Source: an uncultured Candidatus Saccharibacteria bacterium (GTDB lineage Bacteria > Patescibacteriota > Saccharimonadia > Saccharimonadales > Saccharimonadaceae). Taken from it: DNA of 42,951 nt. Below are positions 34,482-42,027 of the stretch, piece after piece; within the stretch, counting starts at the first letter, position 1, and each line of letters opens with the position of its first letter. The position numbers and the translations under genes were made by a program. The stretch covers positions 1-42,951 of the forward strand of contig CAZIOA010000001.1 in assembly GCA_964540835.1 (NCBI GenBank), written 5' to 3'. A model generated the notes under the pieces. That model did not search any database and was not told the origin of the DNA. It worked only from the letters and a program-made list of their open reading frames with translations.

Positions 34482-35551
34482 CTCTTTTTGACGCACGTTA
34501 TATAAACGTCGATTTCCATGATGGCATCAGCCGCTATACGACCGAACTCGGCAATGCGCTTGCTCGTCATACGCCGATAACGTTCATTATCTCCGACAAA
34601 GCACAGTTGAAGTTCCTCCCTGAAAATGCCGAGTATGTACAGTTGCATCCAGTTACCTCATGGCGAGAACCGCTTTCAAGTTTGTGGCTCAACAAATTTC
34701 ACCCGGATGTCGTCATCTCGCCCCTGCAGACTATCGGCTCTGCCGGTCGAAGGTTCAAACTGGTGCTGACGCTGCATGATTTGATTTACTACAAACACCG
34801 CACGCCGCCGCCACAATACAGCCAACTGCTACGACTCGGCTGGCGACTCTACCACCTAACATATGTACCTCAACGCCTGACACTCAATCGCGCCGACTTG
34901 GTCGCAACCGTTAGCGAGACGAGCAAGCGTGAAATCCTGGAAGCAAACCTCACCAAACGTCCGGTCGTCGTGGTATCGAATGCTGCTCGTGATCTTTCTG
35001 AGTACCTAAACAAACCGGTCACTCAAGGAGACAAACCACCGAAAAACCTTATCTACATGGGCGCGTTCATCCCGTACAAAAACGTAGAGACGCTTATCCG
35101 TTCACTAGCATATATTCCTGGTGATCGAACACTTCATTTACTCAGCCGTATCACGCCGGAGCGCAAGGCACAGCTCATGAAGCTCATACCAGAGAACGGC
35201 AGTGTCGTATTTCACGGTGGCGTCAATGACGAAGAGTACGCCAACCTACTGGCGGACGACGCGATCATGGTCAGCGCGTCAAAGGCCGAAGGCTACGGCC
35301 TGCCGCTCGCCGAGGCATTGAAGCTCGGCGTACCCGCAGTCGTGAGCGACCTCGAGATCTTCCGCGAAGTAGGGGGAGACGGCGCACTCTACGCCGACCC
35401 GGACAGCCCGCAGGATTTCGCCGCCAAAATTGCAATGCTCGACAGCAAAAAAAACCGCGAAAAACTCGTGGCCGCAGGCAAAAAACACATTGATAAGTTT
35501 AGTTGGGACGACTCAGCTAAAGCACTGCTTGACGCCATAAAAGATCTCTAG
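34478..35551 (+). CDS. Glycosyltransferase family 4
   Basis: C-terminal EGYGLPLAEALKLGVPAVVSD (E(x7)E) motif; 357 aa. Confidence 0.8.
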   Translation: MTLFDARYINVDFHDGISRYTTELGNALARHTPITFIISDKAQLKFLPENAEYVQLHPVTSWREPLSSLWLNKFHPDVVISPLQTIGSAGRRFKLVLTLHDLIYYKHRTPPPQYSQLLRLGWRLYHLTYVPQRLTLNRADLVATVSETSKREILEANLTKRPVVVVSNAARDLSEYLNKPVTQGDKPPKNLIYMGAFIPYKNVETLIRSLAYIPGDRTLHLLSRITPERKAQLMKLIPENGSVVFHGGVNDEEYANLLADDAIMVSASKAEGYGLPLAEALKLGVPAVVSDLEIFREVGGDGALYADPDSPQDFAAKIAMLDSKKNREKLVAAGKKHIDKFSWDDSAKALLDAIKDL

Positions 35552-35560
35552 ATATGCTTT

Positions 35561-35586
35561 GAGCCCCGACCATACGGTCGAGGCTC
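35561..35586. terminator. Hairpin between convergent genes (possible bidirectional terminator)
   Basis: GAGCCCCGACC-ATAC-GGTCGAGGCTC: 10 bp with one mismatch, no clear T-run. Core resembles the hairpin at 38179-38200. Confidence 0.45.
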
Positions 35587-35600
35587 TTAGCACCTCTCAA

Positions 35601-36539
35601 CTACTTCTTGTTCAGATTGAACCCCCAGGGGATGTTGTCCAGCAAAGCGATCAGCCACTTCTCGGGCATCTGCGCGAACGCATTGTGTGGCGTCTCCACC
35701 TCGACGGCGTTGAAACGCACGCCCGCTTGGTAGGCGGCATGCTCCCACTTGTCAACTTCCGCTGGCTGGTCCAGCGTACCGTTATTCCACGTGCAGTAGT
35801 AGTACTGAACCCACGCGAAACTCCGCAGCTTGTCCGGTGTCAGCTTGCAGGCACTCATGTGTGCTGTCTGTCGCGTGAACGCGCTGATGGAATAGCCGAA
35901 CATGTCACGTCGGGCCTTGCGCTTCACAGCCTCCTTGTCCAAGCCATCCTGGATCTCGTCGTCTTTCGGCGGCTGATTGAGCAAGAAGTACTGAACAGGA
36001 AGGACGATCAGGTTAATGACCGATAGACCGACCAGACCGAGGGGCACGAACCACCGCAGGACCCGAAACACAGGCCCGCCGATGTTGCCACCGGCCTTCA
36101 GGTTCTCCGAACCGGCGACGCCATCGAACACGATCAGCCCTGGCTTTAGCTGATCCGGCGCGATTTTGCGAAGCCACGCGCCAGTATCCAACGCAACCGA
36201 CGCTCCCAGCGACACCGCTACAAGCACGTCTCGGTGGCAGCTGGAGCGCTGCCGTCGCTTGTTGTTGGCGATATGCATCGCCAGGACACGCTTGTTGATG
36301 GTCGGCGAATACAACCAACGGCCCCAGTTGACGTAGTACAGCTGACCCCAATCGCGAATTGCTCGCGCGATGGGCGACAGCTGGTTCTTAGACTCCGCCA
36401 ATACGCCGGGGATGACGTACAATCCCCGGTCGTGGTAGTGCGGGTTGTACCGCCCTTGCTTGACCGTCAAAAAGCCCGGCACACAGATGCGCAGGGCAAT
36501 GTCGAGCAGCCATAGCAGGACCACTAATTGTGCCCACAT
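35601..36539 (-). CDS. GC-rich membrane-associated hypothetical protein, possibly alpha/beta-hydrolase-like
   Basis: N-terminal TM (WAQLVVLLWLLDIAL), VAVSLGASVALD elbow-like motif and a second TM (FVPLGLVGLSVINLIVLPV). ATG at 36539 follows AAGAGGTG. About 60% GC in a sampled 60-mer. Confidence 0.6.
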   Translation of the reverse strand: MWAQLVVLLWLLDIALRICVPGFLTVKQGRYNPHYHDRGLYVIPGVLAESKNQLSPIARAIRDWGQLYYVNWGRWLYSPTINKRVLAMHIANNKRRQRSSCHRDVLVAVSLGASVALDTGAWLRKIAPDQLKPGLIVFDGVAGSENLKAGGNIGGPVFRVLRWFVPLGLVGLSVINLIVLPVQYFLLNQPPKDDEIQDGLDKEAVKRKARRDMFGYSISAFTRQTAHMSACKLTPDKLRSFAWVQYYYCTWNNGTLDQPAEVDKWEHAAYQAGVRFNAVEVETPHNAFAQMPEKWLIALLDNIPWGFNLNKK

Positions 36540-36659
36540 GGGCGCCACCTCTTTCGTTGTAGTAGTTGTACAGGTGCGGAAGCACCTGTACCTCAGGCAC
36601 TCATAAGCATATCATATCATATCATAAATATAACTTTTTTACAAGATTAACAGAGGTGG

Positions 36660-37364
36660 TTAGGCGCTGATGGTCGTACCGACAGGCTCGCCAGCGATAG
36701 TACGGGCGATGTTGTCCTCCTGAAGCAGTTCGAACACCACGATTGATTGATTGTGATCCTCTGCCAGAGCGATGGCGGCTTTGTCCATGACTTGGATATT
36801 TGGATCCTCGACGGCTTCTCGGAGGGTGATGTGCTCAAGTTTTCGAGCTTCTGGGTTGTGCTGAGGATCGCTATCATATACGCCATCAACTTTGGTTGCC
36901 TTGAGGATAGCGTCACAATCAAGCTCCAGCGCCAAACTGACAGCCGCCGTGTCGGTCGTCAGGTAGGGTCGGCCTATGCCTCCAGCGACGACCACGACAC
37001 GGTTTTTCTCCAAATGGCTGATGGCGCGCCGGTGCGTGAACTGATCGATCACTTGATCGGCTTTGATATTCGTCACGGCACGCGCGGATACGCCGTGCGC
37101 ATTGAGCACGTCGACCAGCGCGAGCGCGTTCATCATCGTCGCGAGCATGCCGATATTGTCTGCTGTCACGCGTTGCACGCCACCACCTGTCAGTTGCGCT
37201 CCGCGAGCATAGTTGCCACCGCCAATCATGATGATTATCTGGCTATCGTGGACTTTTTTGATTTCACTGGCGATCCAGGCAGCGCGCTCAGCGTCAAATC
37301 CGCCGTCGAACTGCCCCTGTAGCTGCTCGCCAGAAAGTTTTAGAAGAACTCGTCTGTAACTCAT
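36660..37364 (-). CDS. pyrH: UMP kinase
   Basis: RVLLKLSGE, IMIGGGNYARG and the overall amino-acid-kinase pattern. Confidence 0.95.
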   Translation of the reverse strand: MSYRRVLLKLSGEQLQGQFDGGFDAERAAWIASEIKKVHDSQIIIMIGGGNYARGAQLTGGGVQRVTADNIGMLATMMNALALVDVLNAHGVSARAVTNIKADQVIDQFTHRRAISHLEKNRVVVVAGGIGRPYLTTDTAAVSLALELDCDAILKATKVDGVYDSDPQHNPEARKLEHITLREAVEDPNIQVMDKAAIALAEDHNQSIVVFELLQEDNIARTIAGEPVGTTISA

Positions 37365-37406
37365 ATCCGTATAAGTATACCACCTCTATCCGCTATAATG
37401 AGATGA

Positions 37407-37904
37407 ATGGCAAACAAAAAATCTCCCAAGCGACCATCTGCCAACCAACGAAATATCGTCAATCGCCGAGCGCGGTTTGACTATGAGCTGGGCGACGAGC
37501 TCACCGTCGGCTTGAGCTTGACGGGACCCGAAGTCCGTGCCGCGCGCGACGGACACGTGCAGCTCAAGGGTTCGTACGTGCAGGTACTCAAGGGCGAGCT
37601 CTATCTCCAGGGCGCTAGCTTCAGCCTGAAGCTCAACGAACGCGGCCAGCCCGGCGCGCGCAGCATCGACACCAGTCCGCGCAAGCTACTGGCGCGCCGC
37701 AAACAAATCGATGAACTGATTGCGCGGAAACAAGATGGCATGACGATCGTGCCTACAAAACTCTTCACGACAGGACGCTATATCAAACTCGTCATCGCTA
37801 CCGGCAAGGGCAAAAAGCGCTATGACAAACGGCAAGTTTTGAAAAAACGTGCCGAAGAGCGAGATATCAATCGAGCTCTGAAATCCCATAGGGATTTGGC
37901 ATAG
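37407..37904 (+). CDS. smpB: SsrA-binding protein SmpB
   Basis: NRRARFDYEL, KGSY and a basic C-terminal tail KKRYDKRQVLKKRAEERD. TATAAT box 7 nt upstream of the ATG. Confidence 0.95.
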   Translation: MANKKSPKRPSANQRNIVNRRARFDYELGDELTVGLSLTGPEVRAARDGHVQLKGSYVQVLKGELYLQGASFSLKLNERGQPGARSIDTSPRKLLARRKQIDELIARKQDGMTIVPTKLFTTGRYIKLVIATGKGKKRYDKRQVLKKRAEERDINRALKSHRDLA

Positions 37905-37991
37905 TGTCCATTATGGCAATCGAGCGGTTAGCGAGATTGTATGCCGAACCAGAGAACGCCAGTAACTACTAAAAATAGCGTTCTCTGCGTG

Positions 37992-38066
37992 AAGCTATAT
38001 AAACGCCAAGCATTAAAGAAGCGTGACGAAGAGCGCGAAGCTCACCGTGCCATGAAATTTCATTAG
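37992..38066 (+). pseudogene. Duplicated remnant of the smpB 3' end (C-terminal tail)
   Basis: KLYKRQALKKRDEEREAHRAMKFH* vs smpB KRYDKRQVLKKRAEERDINRALKSH. About 70% nt identity over 66 nt, in frame. It lies within a 41-codon ORF, 37941..38066. Confidence 0.65.
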
Positions 38067-38214
38067 GAATTTACTATCAAGACTCTGTGATGTGTATTGA
38101 TTCGGCAAATCACACGCGACTACCGAGACTCCTTTGCTCTAATATCCAGACGATGAATGATGAGGATTATCGGGGGAAGGCCCGACCGTACGGCCGGGCC
38201 AGTTCTCACACCTC

Positions 38215-38580
38215 CTAGTCGTGACTCAACGTGTCGTGCCTGGGGGCACGCTTTCTCCTGCCACCAAACGCAGCTGTTTGGTCGAGATCTTGTGTCCTGC
38301 CTTTGCCGCTGGCGTATATGATGGTCTGTCGCTTTGCATCAGGGTGGTGAAAACACGCGATCTTCAACCTTTTGTCCCATGTCGTAAGCGGATGTCGGTA
38401 GATAACCACGCTTGTGCCTTCCGGGATAGTGATGCGGTTGCCATCGCGACACCTAATCACCGTTTTTTTCTCAATCCGACGCTCGCAATTCGATTGGCTC
38501 GTATCTTTGATGCTACTGCCAAACTTATGCGTACCAACAAGCTGCACCAGCAGGTCGAGCACGGGAACTACATTGGCCAC
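38215..38580 (-). CDS. Hypothetical protein (121 aa)
   Basis: GTG start 9 nt after AAGGA; no motif recognised. Hairpin GGCCCGACC-GTAC-GGCCGGGCC lies just downstream (38179-38200). Confidence 0.45.
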   Translation of the reverse strand: MANVVPVLDLLVQLVGTHKFGSSIKDTSQSNCERRIEKKTVIRCRDGNRITIPEGTSVVIYRHPLTTWDKRLKIACFHHPDAKRQTIIYASGKGRTQDLDQTAAFGGRRKRAPRHDTLSHD

Positions 38581-38685
38581 AGGGGGTTTCCTTTCGGTAG
38601 GGTGGAGAACTGTTATAGTATAAGCTTATTGACGCCAAGAGGATGTAAAAAACTTCACAACGCGCGTATCTGATACACTAGATAC

Positions 38686-39477
38686 ATGAAAGTTTACTCC
38701 TGGAATGTCAACGGCATCCGCGCTGTCGTAAAAAAGGGTGAGTTCGCCAAGTTTATCGAAGCACATCAGCCCGATATCCTGTGCCTCCAAGAGACAAAGG
38801 CCCGCCAAGAGCAAGTAGAGATCGACCTGCCGGACTACTATGAATATTGGAACAGCGCCACCAAAGGCGGCTATAGCGGCACGGCGATTTTCAGCCGCAC
38901 TCCAGCACTAAAAACCGTGCCGAATATTCCTGCGCACATCGCCGAGAAGTACGAGCTCGAGGACACTTATGGCGACACCAACGCCGAGGGCAGAGTGCTT
39001 GCCGCCGAGTACGAAGATTTCTGGGTAGTCAGCGTCTACACACCGAACAGCAAGGGCAAGCTGGAGCGGCTGGGGCTGCGCACGGAGCAGTGGGACAAAG
39101 CGTTTCTGGAATACATGAAAGAGCTCGAGAAGCAAAAACCCGTGATTTTCTGCGGCGACCTAAACGTCGCGCACAAGGAAATCGACCTGGCGCGACCAGA
39201 AGCCAATCGCTTCTCGCATGGCTTCACCGACGAGGAGCGCGCCGGGTTCGATGCCATCGTCGACGCCGGATTTATCGATACGTTCCGCTTATTCAACACC
39301 GAGGGCGAAAACTATACCTGGTGGACTGCCTGGGCCAACGCCCGCGAGCGCAATGTCGGCTGGCGCATCGACTACGTCGTTGTCAGCGAGTCTCTCGCCG
39401 ATCGCATCGCCTCCGCTGAAATTCATGCCGACCAAATGGGCTCAGACCATTGCCCGGTCAGTATTGAAATAAATTAG
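38686..39477 (+). CDS. xth: Exodeoxyribonuclease III (AP endonuclease, EEP family)
   Basis: MKVYSWNVNGIRA, LCLQETK, GDLNVAH, SDHCPV. Confidence 0.95.
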   Translation: MKVYSWNVNGIRAVVKKGEFAKFIEAHQPDILCLQETKARQEQVEIDLPDYYEYWNSATKGGYSGTAIFSRTPALKTVPNIPAHIAEKYELEDTYGDTNAEGRVLAAEYEDFWVVSVYTPNSKGKLERLGLRTEQWDKAFLEYMKELEKQKPVIFCGDLNVAHKEIDLARPEANRFSHGFTDEERAGFDAIVDAGFIDTFRLFNTEGENYTWWTAWANARERNVGWRIDYVVVSESLADRIASAEIHADQMGSDHCPVSIEIN

Positions 39478-39541
39478 ACTATCTGGCAAAATATACCCAT
39501 TCCATCTGTGAGTGGACGATCTTTTATGGAAAGGTGATGCG

Positions 39542-40204
39542 ATGCCGCTTTTGCGAAAAGCACCAAGTTTTGACCCGTACGACAAGCTTGCTCACAATTA
39601 CCTCCACGCTTACTACGTCACTGGGCCAAAACTCCCGAAGCGCCGTATCATGCGGCAAGTCCTACGTGAGGGGGTGGAGGATGGAAGAATCTGGTCCATC
39701 ATACGTGCCAGTCGTGTCCGACAGTTAGTCAAGGGTCACACCGTCGTGATTATCAACGCGCGGTCCGACATACGGATCAAATATCTCATCGAATCGTCAA
39801 CAGTCGAATCGATTCGCGTATTTGCCCGGTGGCTTTACGATCAGCTCGATATCGACGGGTCTTACTTCGATAGGGTACACCGTATCTTTGACAACTACAT
39901 CGAAGCTACAGACGGGGTATACCAGCTCTGCTTGGCAGACCGGTTTAAGCCGAGCGAACAGCTGCTGCAAAAGCTTTGCGATGCGGGCAAAGCGTGTTTC
40001 GAGCAACTGCGCCCGATTTTCGAGGAAGACCTCGCAAGGCAACGTGCGGCTGCCATAGAAAGAGCCATTGCAGAAAAAGCCAAGCAAGCAGTTCTGCAAG
40101 AGGGCAAAAAGCACATCACCAACAGCAAGGTCGCCATGGCCGTCGAGGATATCGATACATTCATCTACGGTCATCGGGGCCTACCCAACATCACGCCACC
40201 ATAA
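39542..40204 (+). CDS. Hypothetical protein (220 aa)
   Basis: ATG at 39542 follows AAAGGTGA (ORF-track GTG at 39512). No motif recognised. Confidence 0.5.
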   Translation: MPLLRKAPSFDPYDKLAHNYLHAYYVTGPKLPKRRIMRQVLREGVEDGRIWSIIRASRVRQLVKGHTVVIINARSDIRIKYLIESSTVESIRVFARWLYDQLDIDGSYFDRVHRIFDNYIEATDGVYQLCLADRFKPSEQLLQKLCDAGKACFEQLRPIFEEDLARQRAAAIERAIAEKAKQAVLQEGKKHITNSKVAMAVEDIDTFIYGHRGLPNITPP

Positions 40205-40216
40205 CTGAACAGAGCG

Positions 40217-40256
40217 AAAACGCCATTCAGTTCACTGGGTGGCGTTTTCATTTTGC
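40217..40256 (+). terminator. Rho-independent terminator (repeat copy 1)
   Basis: AAAACGCCA-ttcagttcactggg-TGGCGTTTTCATTTTG. The surrounding 55 nt or so recur at 41920-41972. Confidence 0.7.
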
Positions 40257-40341
40257 AACTTATTTCATCTGTAAAAGAAGACTTCTTTTTCTGTTGACTT
40301 TTACTGTTGAGGGTTTAACCTTTTTACTCTTTTAATCGGAG

Positions 40342-40370
40342 TTGACATATGTATGTAGTGCTGTTATAAT
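40342..40370 (+). promoter_or_regulatory. Perfect-consensus sigma70 promoter with no ORF behind it
   Basis: TTGACA (40342-47), 17-nt spacer, TATAAT (40365-70). Confidence 0.7.
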
Positions 40371-40376
40371 GATAAT

Positions 40377-40955
40377 GTCTGTGGTTGAGGTGACTCCTAC
40401 AGGTACGTTAAAAAGTCAATTCGAGAACAGTGAATAATAGTTCTACAGCGTAGCTTCACCGACATGTTAATCAACGTGTGAGTGAAGCTACGTTGTAAAG
40501 TCTGGGCGTAGTGAGTAGTCACTGTTTGATTCCAAAGAAGAACCAACAAACTACTCGACAGTCTCAGTCGAAGTCTTATGCTAAATCTTAGTCGCAGCCA
40601 AGTCTGAGTCGAAGATTAGTCCAAGGCTAAGTCTGGGGAGGCGTTTCTCATTCCCCCCTGCCTTCTGCACCGCTCTGCATCATCGCTTCCTGGCGTCTTT
40701 GCATCTCTGCAGCGAGCAACAATTGAATATGTCCGGTCTCCCACCCCCCGAGGAGACCGAGGGCCACCCTCAGGCCTACCGCTAGTAACGACAATCGGTG
40801 CAAACCGAAGAGGGTATCCGCAAACCCCGCGGTGTAATATGGGCAGCGTGGCCGACGGGCCCCTTCGGGCTATTCGTGCATGGCCTGTCGGCCACGCTGA
40901 TTTACTTAGTTCTCTTTGGCTTTTGGCCGCTCCTCGTGAGCGGCTTTTTGCTTTT
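40377..40955 (+). ncRNA. Candidate structured non-coding RNA of about 0.58 kb, unclassified
   Basis: Consensus promoter upstream. No ORF of 60 aa or more on either strand. Several long perfect stems (40449-40491; 40733/40751; 40844/40887). Canonical terminator GCCGCTC-ctcgt-GAGCGGC-TTTTTGCTTTT at 40926-40955. Confidence 0.5.
40559..40640 (+). repeat. AGTC-rich direct repeats (two units of about 41 nt) inside the candidate ncRNA
   Basis: AGTCTCAGTCGAAGTCTTA (40559) and AGTCTGAGTCGAAGATTAG (40600). Eight AGTC tetramers within about 75 nt. Confidence 0.7.
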
Positions 40956-40973
40956 CTGACATGTCGATATTGA

Positions 40974-41093
40974 CCTGAGTCTCAAAACCTCAACGAAACG
41001 AGGCTCAAGCGACTGTAACCCCAGAAATTACGTCGCTAATTCGTGAATTTCTGGGCGTGAAAGGGCCTCGTGAGTGAGGTTATGAGGCTCAGG
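40974..41093. repeat. 120-nt imperfect palindrome upstream of the 41143 gene promoter
   Basis: CCTGAGTCTCAAAACCTCAACGAAACGAGGC (40974-41004) vs GCCTCGTGAGTGAGGTTATGAGGCTCAGG (41065-41093). Inner perfect stem CCCAGAAATT/AATTTCTGGG. Confidence 0.65.
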
Positions 41094-41142
41094 GGATATT
41101 GTTCTTGACGTTTGAATGATTTTGTTATAAATATATTACTTA

Positions 41143-41889
41143 ATGAATATGAATCCAGGACTGCGCCACCGACTAGAGAAACTGAAAGACTCTCGTCGTC
41201 ATTATTCTCCAGTTAATGACGAGCTGCGAAACGCGACCATGACGGCGCTACTCGGTCCGCATTGGGTCGGAATACCACAGATTACAGATGACATCATCTC
41301 TACAGCAGCATCGGAAGACAACGCGAAAAAGCTTATCCCGCTCGTGGAAGAGGGTCATCCAGTAGGCGAAGAACAATGCGAAGTAGCGACAGCCGAAGCA
41401 ATCATCGATGGAGTGGAACGACGCAATTTTATCACTTGGTCTCAACACCCGAAAACTGGCCACCTGCGAGCGATCGACAGCGAAGGCCTCGGCACGCATA
41501 ACTTCATGCACTGCACGCCTGATGACGTACCTATGCTGCGTCGGGCAGGATTCAAAGCACTCACACTCGTCCACGTCGTCACCCCAGGAGAAGTCTGGTG
41601 TGACGAAATTGAAAAGCATGCCGACGATCCGGACTTCAGCGAAAAGATAGATGAGTCGCTCGATATGCTAGAGTATCAGCGCAATGAAAAATCGTTGCAA
41701 AAAATCGTCTATCTTCCCGCCGAAGACAGGCGTCAGAAAATCGCTGACACGCTGCTCGCGCTTCCACGGCGAAAGGCATCTGCTCACTATAGAGAAATTA
41801 TATACGACGATTCGTACTACCGCTGCGTGGAGGAGATGTTCCGTATCGCGCTGCAGTCATTTTCATACTCACCACAAACCACTGCATAG
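41143..41889 (+). CDS. Guanylate-kinase-like paralog with degenerate P-loop (hypothetical)
   Basis: Collinear with 42028..42831 (ERRNFITWSQHPKTGH vs ENRQLLNWSLNKTGH; MLRRAGFKALTLVHVVTPGEVW vs MMRKAGFATLKVVYAVTPAQIW), but it has GPHWVGIPQ in place of GATRAGKST. Confidence 0.6.
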   Translation: MNMNPGLRHRLEKLKDSRRHYSPVNDELRNATMTALLGPHWVGIPQITDDIISTAASEDNAKKLIPLVEEGHPVGEEQCEVATAEAIIDGVERRNFITWSQHPKTGHLRAIDSEGLGTHNFMHCTPDDVPMLRRAGFKALTLVHVVTPGEVWCDEIEKHADDPDFSEKIDESLDMLEYQRNEKSLQKIVYLPAEDRRQKIADTLLALPRRKASAHYREIIYDDSYYRCVEEMFRIALQSFSYSPQTTA

Positions 41890-41936
41890 CAAGAGCAGGC
41901 TCAGGCGCGCGACATCCAAAACTCAACAGAGCGAAG

Positions 41937-41972
41937 ACGCCATTCGACCAGGGTGGCGTATTCAATTTGCAA
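41937..41972 (+). terminator. Terminator-like hairpin (repeat copy 2)
   Basis: ACGCCA-ttcgaccaggg-TGGCGT followed by ATTCAATTTG. About 85% identical to 40203-40258. Confidence 0.55.
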
Positions 41973-42027
41973 TGCATCAAAACATAAGCATTTTTTATCA
42001 TGCTTCGGCTGCGCTACAATCATAAGC

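Noticed and set aside
36608-36626. (CATAT)x3.6 microsatellite in the promoter region of 35601..36539 as a phase-variation switch
   Set aside because: It has only about 3.6 units and its position relative to the -10/-35 boxes is uncertain. No evidence of length polymorphism is available from a single sequence.
40375-40437. 20-codon ORF (MSVVEVTPTGTLKSQFENSE) starting 4 nt after the consensus -10 box of the candidate ncRNA
   Set aside because: The gap is shorter than the 6-9 nt seen at credible leaderless genes here, so the transcript probably starts inside or after the ATG. There is no SD and no way to test conservation from this window.
40559-40640. Repeat block as a CRISPR array
   Set aside because: The units are about 41 nt with no repeat-spacer alternation, there are only two units, and no cas genes are present.
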